56,731 nt of DNA. It comes from a virus. Positions 36,621-45,138 of the stretch are shown one piece after another (position 1 is the stretch's first letter; each line of letters opens with the position of its first letter). The notes beneath the pieces are model-generated. The model did no database searches and was not told where the DNA came from. It saw only the letters and a list, made by a program, of their open reading frames with translations. The stretch is from IMG/VR virus record IMGVR_UViG_3300023083_000005, positions 1 through 56,731 of that record. One strand, written 5' to 3'. The position numbers and the translations under genes are program-made.

Positions 36621-38402
36621 TTACAGGGTGATTTTGTAGTTGTGGTGCGTTGCTTCTGACGCAAACGTGTCAGTGAATTTTCCACCGGTCACGGTCAGCG
36701 TTCGGGATTCTCCCAGCACTTCCACGGTCGTTCCGGTGACGCCAGCGGGGAGCGTAAAGGTTTTGCTACCCGTAGAGCCGTCCGTCATGGCGAAGATGTA
36801 TGCGCTACCATCTTTCACCTTGAGCATGGTGTCAAGCCCTGCGCCAAAGTTCCAGACGTAGGACTGCGTGTTGAGGACTGGTGCCAGCGCCTGAACAGCC
36901 GCGTTTACTGCCGTCACCTTGGCAATGTTCGGCCCGGTGATCAGCGAGTACGTGCCGCTGCCGTCGTTGCTGTGCTGGAAGTACAGCACCCCAGCCGCCC
37001 CGTGGATGATGGAATTCCACACGGCACCCTCGATCTGTGCCCCGGTGATTACCTTGGCTCCAGACTCGATCAGGATGGGCTTAGCCGTTTCCACGAATAC
37101 CCAGTTGGGCTTAGTGTGGTTGGAGAATTTTTCCATCTGGTCTTGCTGCCAACCGTATGCACCAGCCGATGCCGCAGCCTTGCCGGTTGACAGGAATGCG
37201 TCAGAACGGTTGAACTCATAGTTGACAGCCGGTGAGGTGTATGCATATTTATCGACGCTTGTCAAGTCATCGACCGCAACATACTGGGGCATGGTGCCGG
37301 GTGCCCAGAATGTTTCAAGCACGCCGTTGCCGTAGTTGGTATTGATAAACCGACCGTCGTTTTTCGCACGCGCACTAGCTACGTCTGCCTTGTGCTGAGC
37401 TAGGCGTGCGGCATCTGTCGGATAGCTGCCGTTCATTTCGATTTCGTCGTCCGTGTGCCAGCCTACGACACCCGCAGTTGATCCGACTTCGGCGCTCGTC
37501 CACTCAAGCTGAGCGATTACAGACACGCCCAGACCGGTGATGCTGGTGATTGCCGAGCCGTCATGCTCAGCGCCAAGATACGTGTTGATCCCTGCTGCCT
37601 TGAGTTGCCCTGCATGCGAGGGCTTGCCAAAGTACACAGCAATGGGGAAGAATGCCGGGTTAGTCCACCCCGCAGCTACCGCCTTGGAAAACTGCTGGTA
37701 GTAGGAAGGCCCACCATACCACGGCTTGCGCGGCAGGTTGAGAATTCCTGTAGTGGGATTTGTTGGCGTCGTCGCACCGGTCGCTTCGAATTCCACATCG
37801 GCAAAATAGTTGGCGTTGGATTCGTTGACAGGATAGCCACCGTTTGCGCCGTACAGGTAGCGCCCACGCTTGGCGACAAGCTGACCGGCAGTGACCGGGG
37901 AGGCAAGTGCCCCGCTCGTGGCGCTGTAGCGTCCCTGAGGGGCGAAATAGGAAACCACGTAGTCAGTGCCAGCCACCACATCTACGGGCGTAGAGAGGGC
38001 AGCAGACTGCCAACCAGAGGCGGTTTCGTTGGCGTACGTGACCTCTGCCAGCTTCACACCGGCAGTTGACCACAGTCGGCCAAGATGAGTGCCACCATTT
38101 GCAGCGGCACCCTTGTAGAACTTGAGCGCATGGATTTTTCCATTGACGCTCGGGCTGAACCGGGTGCCAAGCTCAATCGGTACCGTGTCGGCATCGGTCA
38201 GGTTGGTGGGCACGAGGTTGGAGAAAATTGACGCAGTGACGACAACCGGAGGATCGACTGGAGGATCGACTGGCGGTTCCTCCGTGTCATTTTCTTCCAG
38301 AGCTTCTACACGTTCCAGAAGATCGGCGTTAGCCTCTTCCAGATTTTCAACGCGCTCTGAAAGTTCCTCAAACTCAGCGTTTGTAGGGACATTTGCTGGC
38401 AT
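36621..38402 (-). CDS. coiled-coil / Pro-rich linker / DUF4082 domain protein with large C-terminal domain (possible glycan hydrolase or binding domain)
   Basis: ATG 38402 with GAAAGG RBS. The DUF4082-like segment reads LGTRFSPSVNGKIHALKFYKG...GRLWS...SGWQSAALSTPVDVVAGTDYVVSYFAPQGRY. The hydrolase idea is a guess. Confidence 0.65.
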   Translation of the reverse strand: MPANVPTNAEFEELSERVENLEEANADLLERVEALEENDTEEPPVDPPVDPPVVVTASIFSNLVPTNLTDADTVPIELGTRFSPSVNGKIHALKFYKGAAANGGTHLGRLWSTAGVKLAEVTYANETASGWQSAALSTPVDVVAGTDYVVSYFAPQGRYSATSGALASPVTAGQLVAKRGRYLYGANGGYPVNESNANYFADVEFEATGATTPTNPTTGILNLPRKPWYGGPSYYQQFSKAVAAGWTNPAFFPIAVYFGKPSHAGQLKAAGINTYLGAEHDGSAITSITGLGVSVIAQLEWTSAEVGSTAGVVGWHTDDEIEMNGSYPTDAARLAQHKADVASARAKNDGRFINTNYGNGVLETFWAPGTMPQYVAVDDLTSVDKYAYTSPAVNYEFNRSDAFLSTGKAAASAGAYGWQQDQMEKFSNHTKPNWVFVETAKPILIESGAKVITGAQIEGAVWNSIIHGAAGVLYFQHSNDGSGTYSLITGPNIAKVTAVNAAVQALAPVLNTQSYVWNFGAGLDTMLKVKDGSAYIFAMTDGSTGSKTFTLPAGVTGTTVEVLGESRTLTVTGGKFTDTFASEATHHNYKITL

Positions 38403-38461
38403 AAAACAACCTTTCCATAGGTGGATTTTGCAAAACTTCACGCACCACCTTAGCATGGAAA

Positions 38462-40168
38462 TTAGCGATTCAGTTTCATTTTTCTCTTGAGACTACGGTT
38501 CATTGCCAAGGCTTGCTCAGCTTGCTTGCTGTGCTGTCCCGAGTCGATTGTATCGACCGCATGCAGCCTACGGATTTTCACAAGCGCGCTCTTCTGGCCG
38601 CGTCGTGCAAGCCGTTTCATTGACTGCAAGTTGTCAATTCTACTGTCGCTGGCCGACATGTAGAGCATGTTGTCGGTCGCTAGCTGGAGTCCATCGGTAC
38701 CAGTACCAGCCGCAGCGATTACTGCCACCATGTACTTGTACTCACCCGCAATGAACGCTTTTTTATCTTCGTTCCTTTTCTTGCGAGTGATTTTTCCGCT
38801 CCACTCACGGGCTACACCCTCACCATAGCGCTTGTTCAGTCGCCACGTCAACACTCTGGCAAAAAGTTGCGAATCTGTGAAAATCAGTGCAGGGAGGTTT
38901 TCGAAATCCTGCTCCAAAATTTTGTACGATTTTTCGATTTTTGAACTTTGACAGTCGTTGTCAAACGTCACCTCGAAATCTTGCTCTCCCGTTTTCGGGT
39001 TAGTAAACCACCGGATAGAGGGCATGCCCAAAGTGGCCTGACGTTGGCGCACGCGCTTCGTCACAGGCAATTTTGTGACCATAGGGTTGTCGTTGATCCA
39101 CGCGACCATTTGCAGGTCTAGCTCGTCGTATACGCGCCTCTGCTCGGGGAACAGGTCTACCAGAACGATCTGGTCATCAATCTTGAAGTCATCATCCGAC
39201 TCGATGCGGATATAGCACGGCAGGGAGTTGAAGTACGCACCCTCGACGCGCTCACCTACGGTTTCCTGATTCCTGACCGCGAACGGGCTATATTTGACCT
39301 TTGCCCACTTTGCGCGCCAGTCGTAGATGTTGGCTTCTGCGAGGTGCGGCCAAATCCACTTGCAGACCGCGTATGCGCCGTCAAAGCTGTTTCCGGTGGG
39401 AGTACCACTGGCACCGATCTTGAAAGCCGCGTCAACCAGCATCAGAACCGCGTGCGTGCGTGATTCCACCGACTGCGCCCGGTGCACCTCGTCAAAGATC
39501 ACCACGTCAGGCTTCACCGTTGACCACGTACCATTGTCAACCTGTTTTGTCAATGGCTTGCCGGTTTTCTTGCTGAGCTTGGGAACGTCCTTGCGAATCA
39601 TGACCGGAACAGTGTCCTGCCCGATGCGCACAAAGTATTCCTGACCGACAAAGTAGATTCCCGGTACTGACCACTGGTAGTCAGCGAGCGCTTGCTTTCC
39701 TGACTCCGTGCTGTCAATTTGCCGGAAGGGGAGCGTTGATCCTTGTTGGTCAAACGTCCCCCACCAGCCTCCCTCGTCAGGGGCACCCATCGTCTGCAAG
39801 GGTGCTATAACGAGAATTGTCTTGGCGTCTACCGCTTGGCAGAACGCCACGCTGATCACCGTCTTACCGGTTCCCATATCCGCGCCCAGCAGAGCGCCAC
39901 CGCTGGCTCGTGCGGCAACCATTTCGTCTACTGCCGCTTGCTGCTCGTCAGTGAGAGTCATTGGCGCGGAATTGTCAGTGGTGTCAGTCATAATGCCTTT
40001 GGGTTGTAGCGGGCCTACATGAGTGTACAGGATGGGCGTGCCGTACACGCTCGTGTCAGGCTCTAGTTCCTCTGCCGGTGGGTACAGGTACCGACCGATA
40101 TTTTTGATCGCCAGATAGCCCAAATAGGGGGCACACAGGCAAGCACCTAGAATCCAAGTTCCATCCAT
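38462..40168 (-). CDS. SNF2-family (SF2) helicase
   Basis: Walker A GADMGTGKT, DEVH box FDEVHRAQS, C-terminal helicase region; the first 59 aa are hydrophobic, alternative start at 39991. Confidence 0.8.
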   Translation of the reverse strand: MDGTWILGACLCAPYLGYLAIKNIGRYLYPPAEELEPDTSVYGTPILYTHVGPLQPKGIMTDTTDNSAPMTLTDEQQAAVDEMVAARASGGALLGADMGTGKTVISVAFCQAVDAKTILVIAPLQTMGAPDEGGWWGTFDQQGSTLPFRQIDSTESGKQALADYQWSVPGIYFVGQEYFVRIGQDTVPVMIRKDVPKLSKKTGKPLTKQVDNGTWSTVKPDVVIFDEVHRAQSVESRTHAVLMLVDAAFKIGASGTPTGNSFDGAYAVCKWIWPHLAEANIYDWRAKWAKVKYSPFAVRNQETVGERVEGAYFNSLPCYIRIESDDDFKIDDQIVLVDLFPEQRRVYDELDLQMVAWINDNPMVTKLPVTKRVRQRQATLGMPSIRWFTNPKTGEQDFEVTFDNDCQSSKIEKSYKILEQDFENLPALIFTDSQLFARVLTWRLNKRYGEGVAREWSGKITRKKRNEDKKAFIAGEYKYMVAVIAAAGTGTDGLQLATDNMLYMSASDSRIDNLQSMKRLARRGQKSALVKIRRLHAVDTIDSGQHSKQAEQALAMNRSLKRKMKLNR

Positions 40169-40189
40169 GCTCAGTGTACCCCCTAACGG

Positions 40190-40576
40190 TTATAGCTCTT
40201 TGTTTCTCCTGTATCTTGTCATGCTCTGTTTCTTCACCCAGCGTTGAACGAATTTCAGACGACTCGAAATCTGGTAGGCAACTGGAACGCTCCAGTAGAA
40301 GTGACCCACGTAACTACCCTTTCCCTTGTACTGGGAAAGATACATGAAAAATTGCTGCAAGGTTTCTTCTCGGATTCGCTTGCCAAGCTCAGGCTCAATC
40401 AGGCAATTGTACCTGCCCTCACTGCCGTAAGCCCAGTAGAACAAAGGACGCCAAACGCCTTCTGTCATGCCGCGCTCTTCCATGAATCGGCTTACGAACA
40501 GACCCACGTTGTAGCGAATCTCAGCGTAGGCTAGGACGATGCGATTTTTGGTGTATCGAGTTTCATCAATCAACAT
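40190..40576 (-). CDS. hypothetical protein (128 aa)
   Basis: ORF track. Confidence 0.6.
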   Translation of the reverse strand: MLIDETRYTKNRIVLAYAEIRYNVGLFVSRFMEERGMTEGVWRPLFYWAYGSEGRYNCLIEPELGKRIREETLQQFFMYLSQYKGKGSYVGHFYWSVPVAYQISSRLKFVQRWVKKQSMTRYRRNKEL

Positions 40577-40667
40577 CTTCCTCTTCCTCGTCTTCGCGGT
40601 AGTCGTCTTGCTGCTCGTCGCGGTAAAGCTCGTACTGCCATTCCGCGTACTGCTCGTCAGTCATCAT
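40566..40667 (-). CDS. possible highly acidic peptide (33 aa)
   Basis: Hand translation MMTDEQYAEWQYELYRDEQQDDYREDEEEEDVD; ATGA overlap with the upstream gene. Confidence 0.35.
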   Translation of the reverse strand: MMTDEQYAEWQYELYRDEQQDDYREDEEEEDVD

Positions 40668-40861
40668 TCTGGATACCACTCCCTTAGCTGTCTCGTTGTC
40701 TCTAGCGCTAACCGGTGGTCAGCAGTGGTCTTTTCCCGCTTGCGCCCCTTGCGCTCACCCTCTTGGGGCAAGTCACAGTTGGGGCAGACAAAGAAGCCGT
40801 GCGTCGGGCTGACCGCACGCTCTTTGCCACACAAGCACGTTCGCGTCATGGTGCCGGGCAT
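40664..40861 (-). CDS. zinc-ribbon protein (65 aa)
   Basis: ORF track; CLCGK...CPNCD. Confidence 0.55.
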   Translation of the reverse strand: MPGTMTRTCLCGKERAVSPTHGFFVCPNCDLPQEGERKGRKREKTTADHRLALETTRQLREWYPE

Positions 40862-41086
40862 CTATTTGTTCCACCAGACACAGAAGTGTTGACCCGCATG
40901 TGCCAATTCGCGGTTGGGGTCTATCCCGGGTAGCTGAATGAACGTGTGACCGTTTGCCGTGTCGAGGTAACCGCTAAGAACTCCCGTAGCCTGATATACA
41001 GTCTTTTCGCCTTCGATCACTTCGACGGTAACGACTTTGCTAATCATTTCAGGGTCGAACTGGTATTGCTTAGTCCGTGTCGTCAT
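40862..41086 (-). CDS. hypothetical protein (74 aa)
   Basis: ATG 41086 with GGAGAG RBS (track GTG start is 41095). Confidence 0.55.
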   Translation of the reverse strand: MTTRTKQYQFDPEMISKVVTVEVIEGEKTVYQATGVLSGYLDTANGHTFIQLPGIDPNRELAHAGQHFCVWWNK

Positions 41087-41201
41087 AGCTTTCACTCTCC
41101 TGTCGTTCGTTGTAGAACCGAATCCCGGTCAGAATGTCGTACTGGTCATCTTCGTAACCGAATACGTCTATCAGGCCGATCACAGTCTTGATATTACTCA
41201 T
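41070..41201 (-). CDS. possible small acidic protein (43 aa)
   Basis: Hand translation MSNIKTVIGLIDVFGYEDDQYDILTGIRFYNERQESESYDDTD. Confidence 0.35.
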   Translation of the reverse strand: MSNIKTVIGLIDVFGYEDDQYDILTGIRFYNERQESESYDDTD

Positions 41202-41227
41202 GCAAACCCCCTAGCGCAAGGCTTAGA

Positions 41228-42628
41228 TCAAGCCGAGACTTTTTGGAGGATGCTCAGGCCCGAGCGAACGAATGCGAATCCACCCAGTACGTCCTTATCG
41301 AAATCTTCGCTCATTTCGGGAGCCTTGAGCCAGCTTGACAGCGAACCGTCAGCCAGAACCTCGCCCACGTCACGGAAGTGGTTGACCCACGTCGCCTCGC
41401 CGTCATCCACCAGACCCGCGCCGGTGTTGCTCATTTCGCCCCACCAGTGAAGCATAGCGGCCAGCCCCTGAGGTGTCGTCTGTCCCTGATAGTCACCATC
41501 GTGGTCGAGGACATAAAACCGGTCGTCAAACGAACCACCCATGACCATAGAAGCGGAATCCTCGTCCACGGTTGACCCGGGAACGTCAGTGCGCCAGTTG
41601 TTGTTCTCATCGAACCAACCGTCAGGATCGTCACCGTATCCGTCGTCACCGGTCATCCACGCCTCGGCCCATGCGCGCTCAGCATCGGTGCGCGGGCTTG
41701 CCCATCCACCAGACGCGGGGACTGTACCCTCAGCGGGCACCGTAGCGGGCAGGGCGGGCTGTTCGGGCGTGAAGCCAGTTGTGGTGCTTGCGGCTGGCAG
41801 AGCCTTCTGAGTAGGCGTGTGGCTCGTCGCAGAAGCCTTGACTGCCGTCGTGCTGGTCGCGTTTCCGTGACCGCCCGACGTGGCGTTGCGCCATGTGGGG
41901 TTGTACCGACGCGCAGCACGATCCCAGTCTAGGTCTTCGTGCTGGAATGCCTTGGCATTGGTAATGGTCAGGTAGTCGCCGTCTTGCAGGTCAGCGAACG
42001 GCTTGGGCCATGTACCGAACCAGCGGATGCCGACACGCTTGAGTGCCTTGGCGAGAATGCTGTCGGTCGATGCGAAGACGAAAGACCCATCCTCAAGGCG
42101 TGCGATAGACACGGGGGAGTGGTTCAGGCGCGACAGGTGAATGGTGTTACCCGTCTGGGTGTCGAACCATGCGAGGGCAGCGTCACCACCGATCAGCGAG
42201 AATCCTTCGGTGCCGTACTCGGACAGCATTTCAGCCGCAACCGACGAGTCAACCTCGGGCAGTTGACTGCCATTTGTCAGGATTGCCCGCACGCTGTCAT
42301 GATTGAACAGAACGCCGTTGTGTACCAGCGTGATTCGCTTGTCGATGCTCGGCAGCGGGTGGTTGTTGTCGTTCACCTCAACCGGGCCGTGGGTTGCGAA
42401 ACGGGTGTGCATGATCACGCTGTCAGCCTTGCGGGGCAGCCCCTTTAGCTCAAGCTGTGAGCCGGGTACAGCCGCCTTGAACATGCCGGTTGCGCCGTTT
42501 CGGGTGGCGTAGGCGTATCCGCTGGCATGGGTGCCCCGAACCTCGCCCTCACTCAGCAGTGCATTGGCCAGTTCGCGTGCGTTGATCTTGGAGCCTTCTG
42601 CAAGGCTGAATCCGGTGATTGAACAGAT
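41228..42628 (-). CDS. class-II (Ntn) glutamine amidotransferase domain protein with about 220-aa C-terminal extension; apparent ATC start
   Basis: Nucleophile context (I)CSITGF, then MHTRFATHG...NNHP, HNGVLFN, EVDSSV. The ORF-track ATG (42484) would delete the catalytic Cys. AAGGAG lies 6 nt upstream of ATC-TGT. Confidence 0.7.
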   Translation of the reverse strand: MCSITGFSLAEGSKINARELANALLSEGEVRGTHASGYAYATRNGATGMFKAAVPGSQLELKGLPRKADSVIMHTRFATHGPVEVNDNNHPLPSIDKRITLVHNGVLFNHDSVRAILTNGSQLPEVDSSVAAEMLSEYGTEGFSLIGGDAALAWFDTQTGNTIHLSRLNHSPVSIARLEDGSFVFASTDSILAKALKRVGIRWFGTWPKPFADLQDGDYLTITNAKAFQHEDLDWDRAARRYNPTWRNATSGGHGNATSTTAVKASATSHTPTQKALPAASTTTGFTPEQPALPATVPAEGTVPASGGWASPRTDAERAWAEAWMTGDDGYGDDPDGWFDENNNWRTDVPGSTVDEDSASMVMGGSFDDRFYVLDHDGDYQGQTTPQGLAAMLHWWGEMSNTGAGLVDDGEATWVNHFRDVGEVLADGSLSSWLKAPEMSEDFDKDVLGGFAFVRSGLSILQKVSA

Positions 42629-42767
42629 GATATTCTCCTTTGTTAGTTCTGAAAGTGTTAGTGGGGCGCAAGGTCGTATTCCCTTGCGCCCCCGGTGGGT
42701 GCGAGTCTGACTCGCAATTAGCTAGTCCATTGCTCCACTAGAACCACCTCTTGCTGCGAGCTTACCC

Positions 42768-44243
42768 CTAGACTTCGCCCCCGGCAAGTACCAGTTCGGA
42801 CATACGGGCCGAGAAGTTGATCGGCTCGTTCTTCGTGAACATGGCCTCAATGTCCTCGTCAGTGATCGTTGACATGGAATCGTCAACGGTTTCCTTGCCG
42901 TACTTTACGAACAGCTTGTGCAGGTCTTCGAACGAGTTGACCCGGTTCCACTCGGCTTGCTTGACGTTGGCGCGGGCAACGTTCACCAATTCGCGGCAGA
43001 TGTATGCCCACCGGATCAGGTATTCGTAGTCGTAGACCGGGCCCATTGCGCGGAACTCGACGGTACCGTGACGGTTCAGGGCGTTCAGGTTCAGCGAGAG
43101 GTAACGGTCACCGCGCGAAACGTCGTGCTTGGTGGCTGCCGTCTTGCTGGAACGCAGGGTGTCACGAACCGCACCGAGCGAGCGAGGCATGCAGTAGGTG
43201 CGAACCTCGCGCTGGTAGCTCGACGCCAGAAGCGGCTCAATGGCACTGTAGCCGTACGTGAGCGAGCCAAGCTGGCGCGGGGTGAGGTCGTCCACGTCTA
43301 CGTGCACGTGAATGCCGCTCGTGTCGTTCTGCGGCTGCGTGGACAGGTGGGCCGTCAGGCTTTCGAGTCCCTTGGAGTGGAACGAGTGAAGAATGGGCGA
43401 AACGAATTCGCGGCAGTCTGCACTGCGGTCGCCGTCTTCGTACGCACTGCGCAGCGAGCCGTCAGCACGGGAGTCCCAGCCAGCGGGCTTGACCGCGCCA
43501 CGTGCGCCACCGGTTTCTACCTCAATGCCCCAGTTGCGGGAGGAACGGAGGCCGTGAGGCGCAATGGCGAACTTCTCCACGATGCGCTCAACGTTCTCGC
43601 TCTTTTTGTCCATGAGCTTCGTGAAGAATCCGTTGAAGTCGCCGGTACCCGAACGGACAGCCTTGCGCTTCTCGGCTTCCCGTGCCGCGTCAGCGGTCTT
43701 GGAGGCGCGGCGCATGGCTTCGAGCAGTTCTTTCTTGTAAGTGTCTTGCATGGCAATCAGGTAGTACAGCGCGTCAGCCAGCCCAGAGGCCCGCACGCGC
43801 CCGTCAGAGCGCACTGGAACGGTGATCGCGTGGCGCTCCATCACGGAGGTGTGAATGGCTCCCTTGGCAGTCGACGGAACAAGGTGGGCACCCTGTTTGA
43901 TGTAGACGATCCACGGGATGATGCCGATGTTCAGTTCGGCCAGCGCTTCCTTGGGTGACATGTAGTTGTCAACCAGTTCGCTCATGTAGACGCCACCGCG
44001 ACCCAGTTCGAGGCTGAAAGTGCCGTCGTCGGCCTTGTTCACCTTGACCTCGTTGGCGAAGTTGTAGCGGTCGTAGAAGTTCATGGTGGCGATAAACGCC
44101 CGGTACGCGCGTTCGATCTTGCGGGCATCCTTGCCAAGCTGAATGCTGGTCTTGCTGTTGAGCAGCGCCTTGGTAATGCCCCCCTCGTATGCGACACGGG
44201 CGTGCGCTTCGACCAGATTCTGAATGTTGCTCTCGTGACTCAC
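42768..44243 (-). CDS. amidoligase (glutamine-synthetase-like, Amidoligase_2 family)
   Basis: WGIEVETGGARG, ADGSL, EFVSPIL, SGIHVHVD, GTVEFRAM; GTG 44243 preceded by AAGGAGG (the track N-terminal extension was rejected). Confidence 0.75.
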   Translation of the reverse strand: MSHESNIQNLVEAHARVAYEGGITKALLNSKTSIQLGKDARKIERAYRAFIATMNFYDRYNFANEVKVNKADDGTFSLELGRGGVYMSELVDNYMSPKEALAELNIGIIPWIVYIKQGAHLVPSTAKGAIHTSVMERHAITVPVRSDGRVRASGLADALYYLIAMQDTYKKELLEAMRRASKTADAAREAEKRKAVRSGTGDFNGFFTKLMDKKSENVERIVEKFAIAPHGLRSSRNWGIEVETGGARGAVKPAGWDSRADGSLRSAYEDGDRSADCREFVSPILHSFHSKGLESLTAHLSTQPQNDTSGIHVHVDVDDLTPRQLGSLTYGYSAIEPLLASSYQREVRTYCMPRSLGAVRDTLRSSKTAATKHDVSRGDRYLSLNLNALNRHGTVEFRAMGPVYDYEYLIRWAYICRELVNVARANVKQAEWNRVNSFEDLHKLFVKYGKETVDDSMSTITDEDIEAMFTKNEPINFSARMSELVLAGGEV

Positions 44244-44391
44244 TGATACCTCCTTGGTAGATGATGTTGATTGGCTCTGGTTAGAGCTTAGTGCAGTTAT
44301 GCCCCACTGCGCAAGAGAATCTTGCAAATCAAGGGAAGAAATTCCGAGCCGGACTGCGGTTGACGCAACCCTCTCGGGAGTCCAAGGTTCT

Positions 44392-44502
44392 CTAGGCATT
44401 GCCGAACCCGATGTAAGCGCAGATGATCGGCACACACAGGGTGAAGATAGCGGCAAGAATGCCGTCTACACTGGACAGTTCCTTTTTGGCGCGCTCAAGC
44501 AC
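44392..44502 (-). CDS. small membrane peptide (36 aa)
   Basis: AGGAGG + 5 nt + GTG; VLERAKKELSSVDGILAAIFTLCVPIICAYIGFGNA. Confidence 0.45.
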   Translation of the reverse strand: MLERAKKELSSVDGILAAIFTLCVPIICAYIGFGNA

Positions 44503-44603
44503 AGTGACCTCCTAATGTCAAAAGAATGGGTGCTGGCATCCCTGAAAGTGATCGCAACTGCCGAACGTACACAGATGTATCAGGGCGGTTTTGCAGAATC
44601 GAG

Positions 44604-44615
44604 AGCTACTCTATC
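44604..44615 (-). promoter_or_regulatory. GATAGAGTAGCT box (TAGAGT -10-like) upstream of the amidoligase operon
   Basis: Reverse complement of agctactctatc; identical to the 12-mer at 169..180. Confidence 0.35.
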
Positions 44616-44721
44616 TGTCGAGGAATAGGCCAGACTGCTATTACTACTGTGGATCATGAGCGAATTGAACGCTCGTCCCGGCTGGTGCCGTGTCTTTCCA
44701 ATTAGACCAATGACCCGGTGT

Positions 44722-44781
44722 GAAACCCCTGAGTTATGGACGCTCAGGGGCGGGGAGGGCGGGGCTGATTAGACCCCGCCC
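44722..44781 (-). terminator. Tandem hairpin terminators after 44788..45138
   Basis: GGGCGGGG/CCCCGCCC (44757..44781) and CCCCTGAG/CTCAGGGG (44726..44750), then TTT on the minus strand. Confidence 0.6.
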
Positions 44782-44787
44782 GAGCGA

Positions 44788-45138
44788 TTACTCGCCCTCG
44801 AAAACCACGCGGTACGAGTCGGCCTTGGCGTTGGCCTTCTCGGTCAGCACGGCGGTGGTGCGCTTGTTGCCGTTGAACAGGAACCACACGTCGTAGCCCG
44901 CACCGGACTTGCGGTAGACGTTGTTGCCAATGGCAACCACGGCGTTCTTGCCGGTCGGCAGAACGATGGGGTCAACCAGCGGGGTAACGTCGAAGTCCGA
45001 CTTACGGAACGCGCTCGAACGGCTGGCACCGGTCGGGATCACGTAGTGATAGTCCGAGTAGAAACCACCCTCGCTGGTGCTGGTGCCCTCGATGGTGAGG
45101 GTGCTGTTCTTGGCGGTGAGAAGTACCTTGTTCGTCAT
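44788..45138 (-). CDS. hypothetical protein (116 aa), homologous to the C-terminal domain of 51328..51840
   Basis: GGAGG RBS; shared motif PIVLPTGKNA-V ... YRV-F-GE. Confidence 0.65.
   Translation of the reverse strand: MTNKVLLTAKNSTLTIEGTSTSEGGFYSDYHYVIPTGASRSSAFRKSDFDVTPLVDPIVLPTGKNAVVAIGNNVYRKSGAGYDVWFLFNGNKRTTAVLTEKANAKADSYRVVFEGE

Noticed and set aside
42918-43958. 346-aa plus-strand ORF opposite the amidoligase gene
   Set aside because: It is antisense to a CDS with clear enzyme motifs. Its translation is Val/Arg/Gly-rich, as is typical of a shadow frame.
44244-44456. N-terminal 71-aa extension of the amidoligase ORF and the plus-strand ORF 44254..44628
   Set aside because: The extension is Ser/Thr-rich with no RBS, whereas AAGGAGG precedes GTG 44243. 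The plus ORF lies in a minus-strand operon and overlaps a small gene with a strong RBS.
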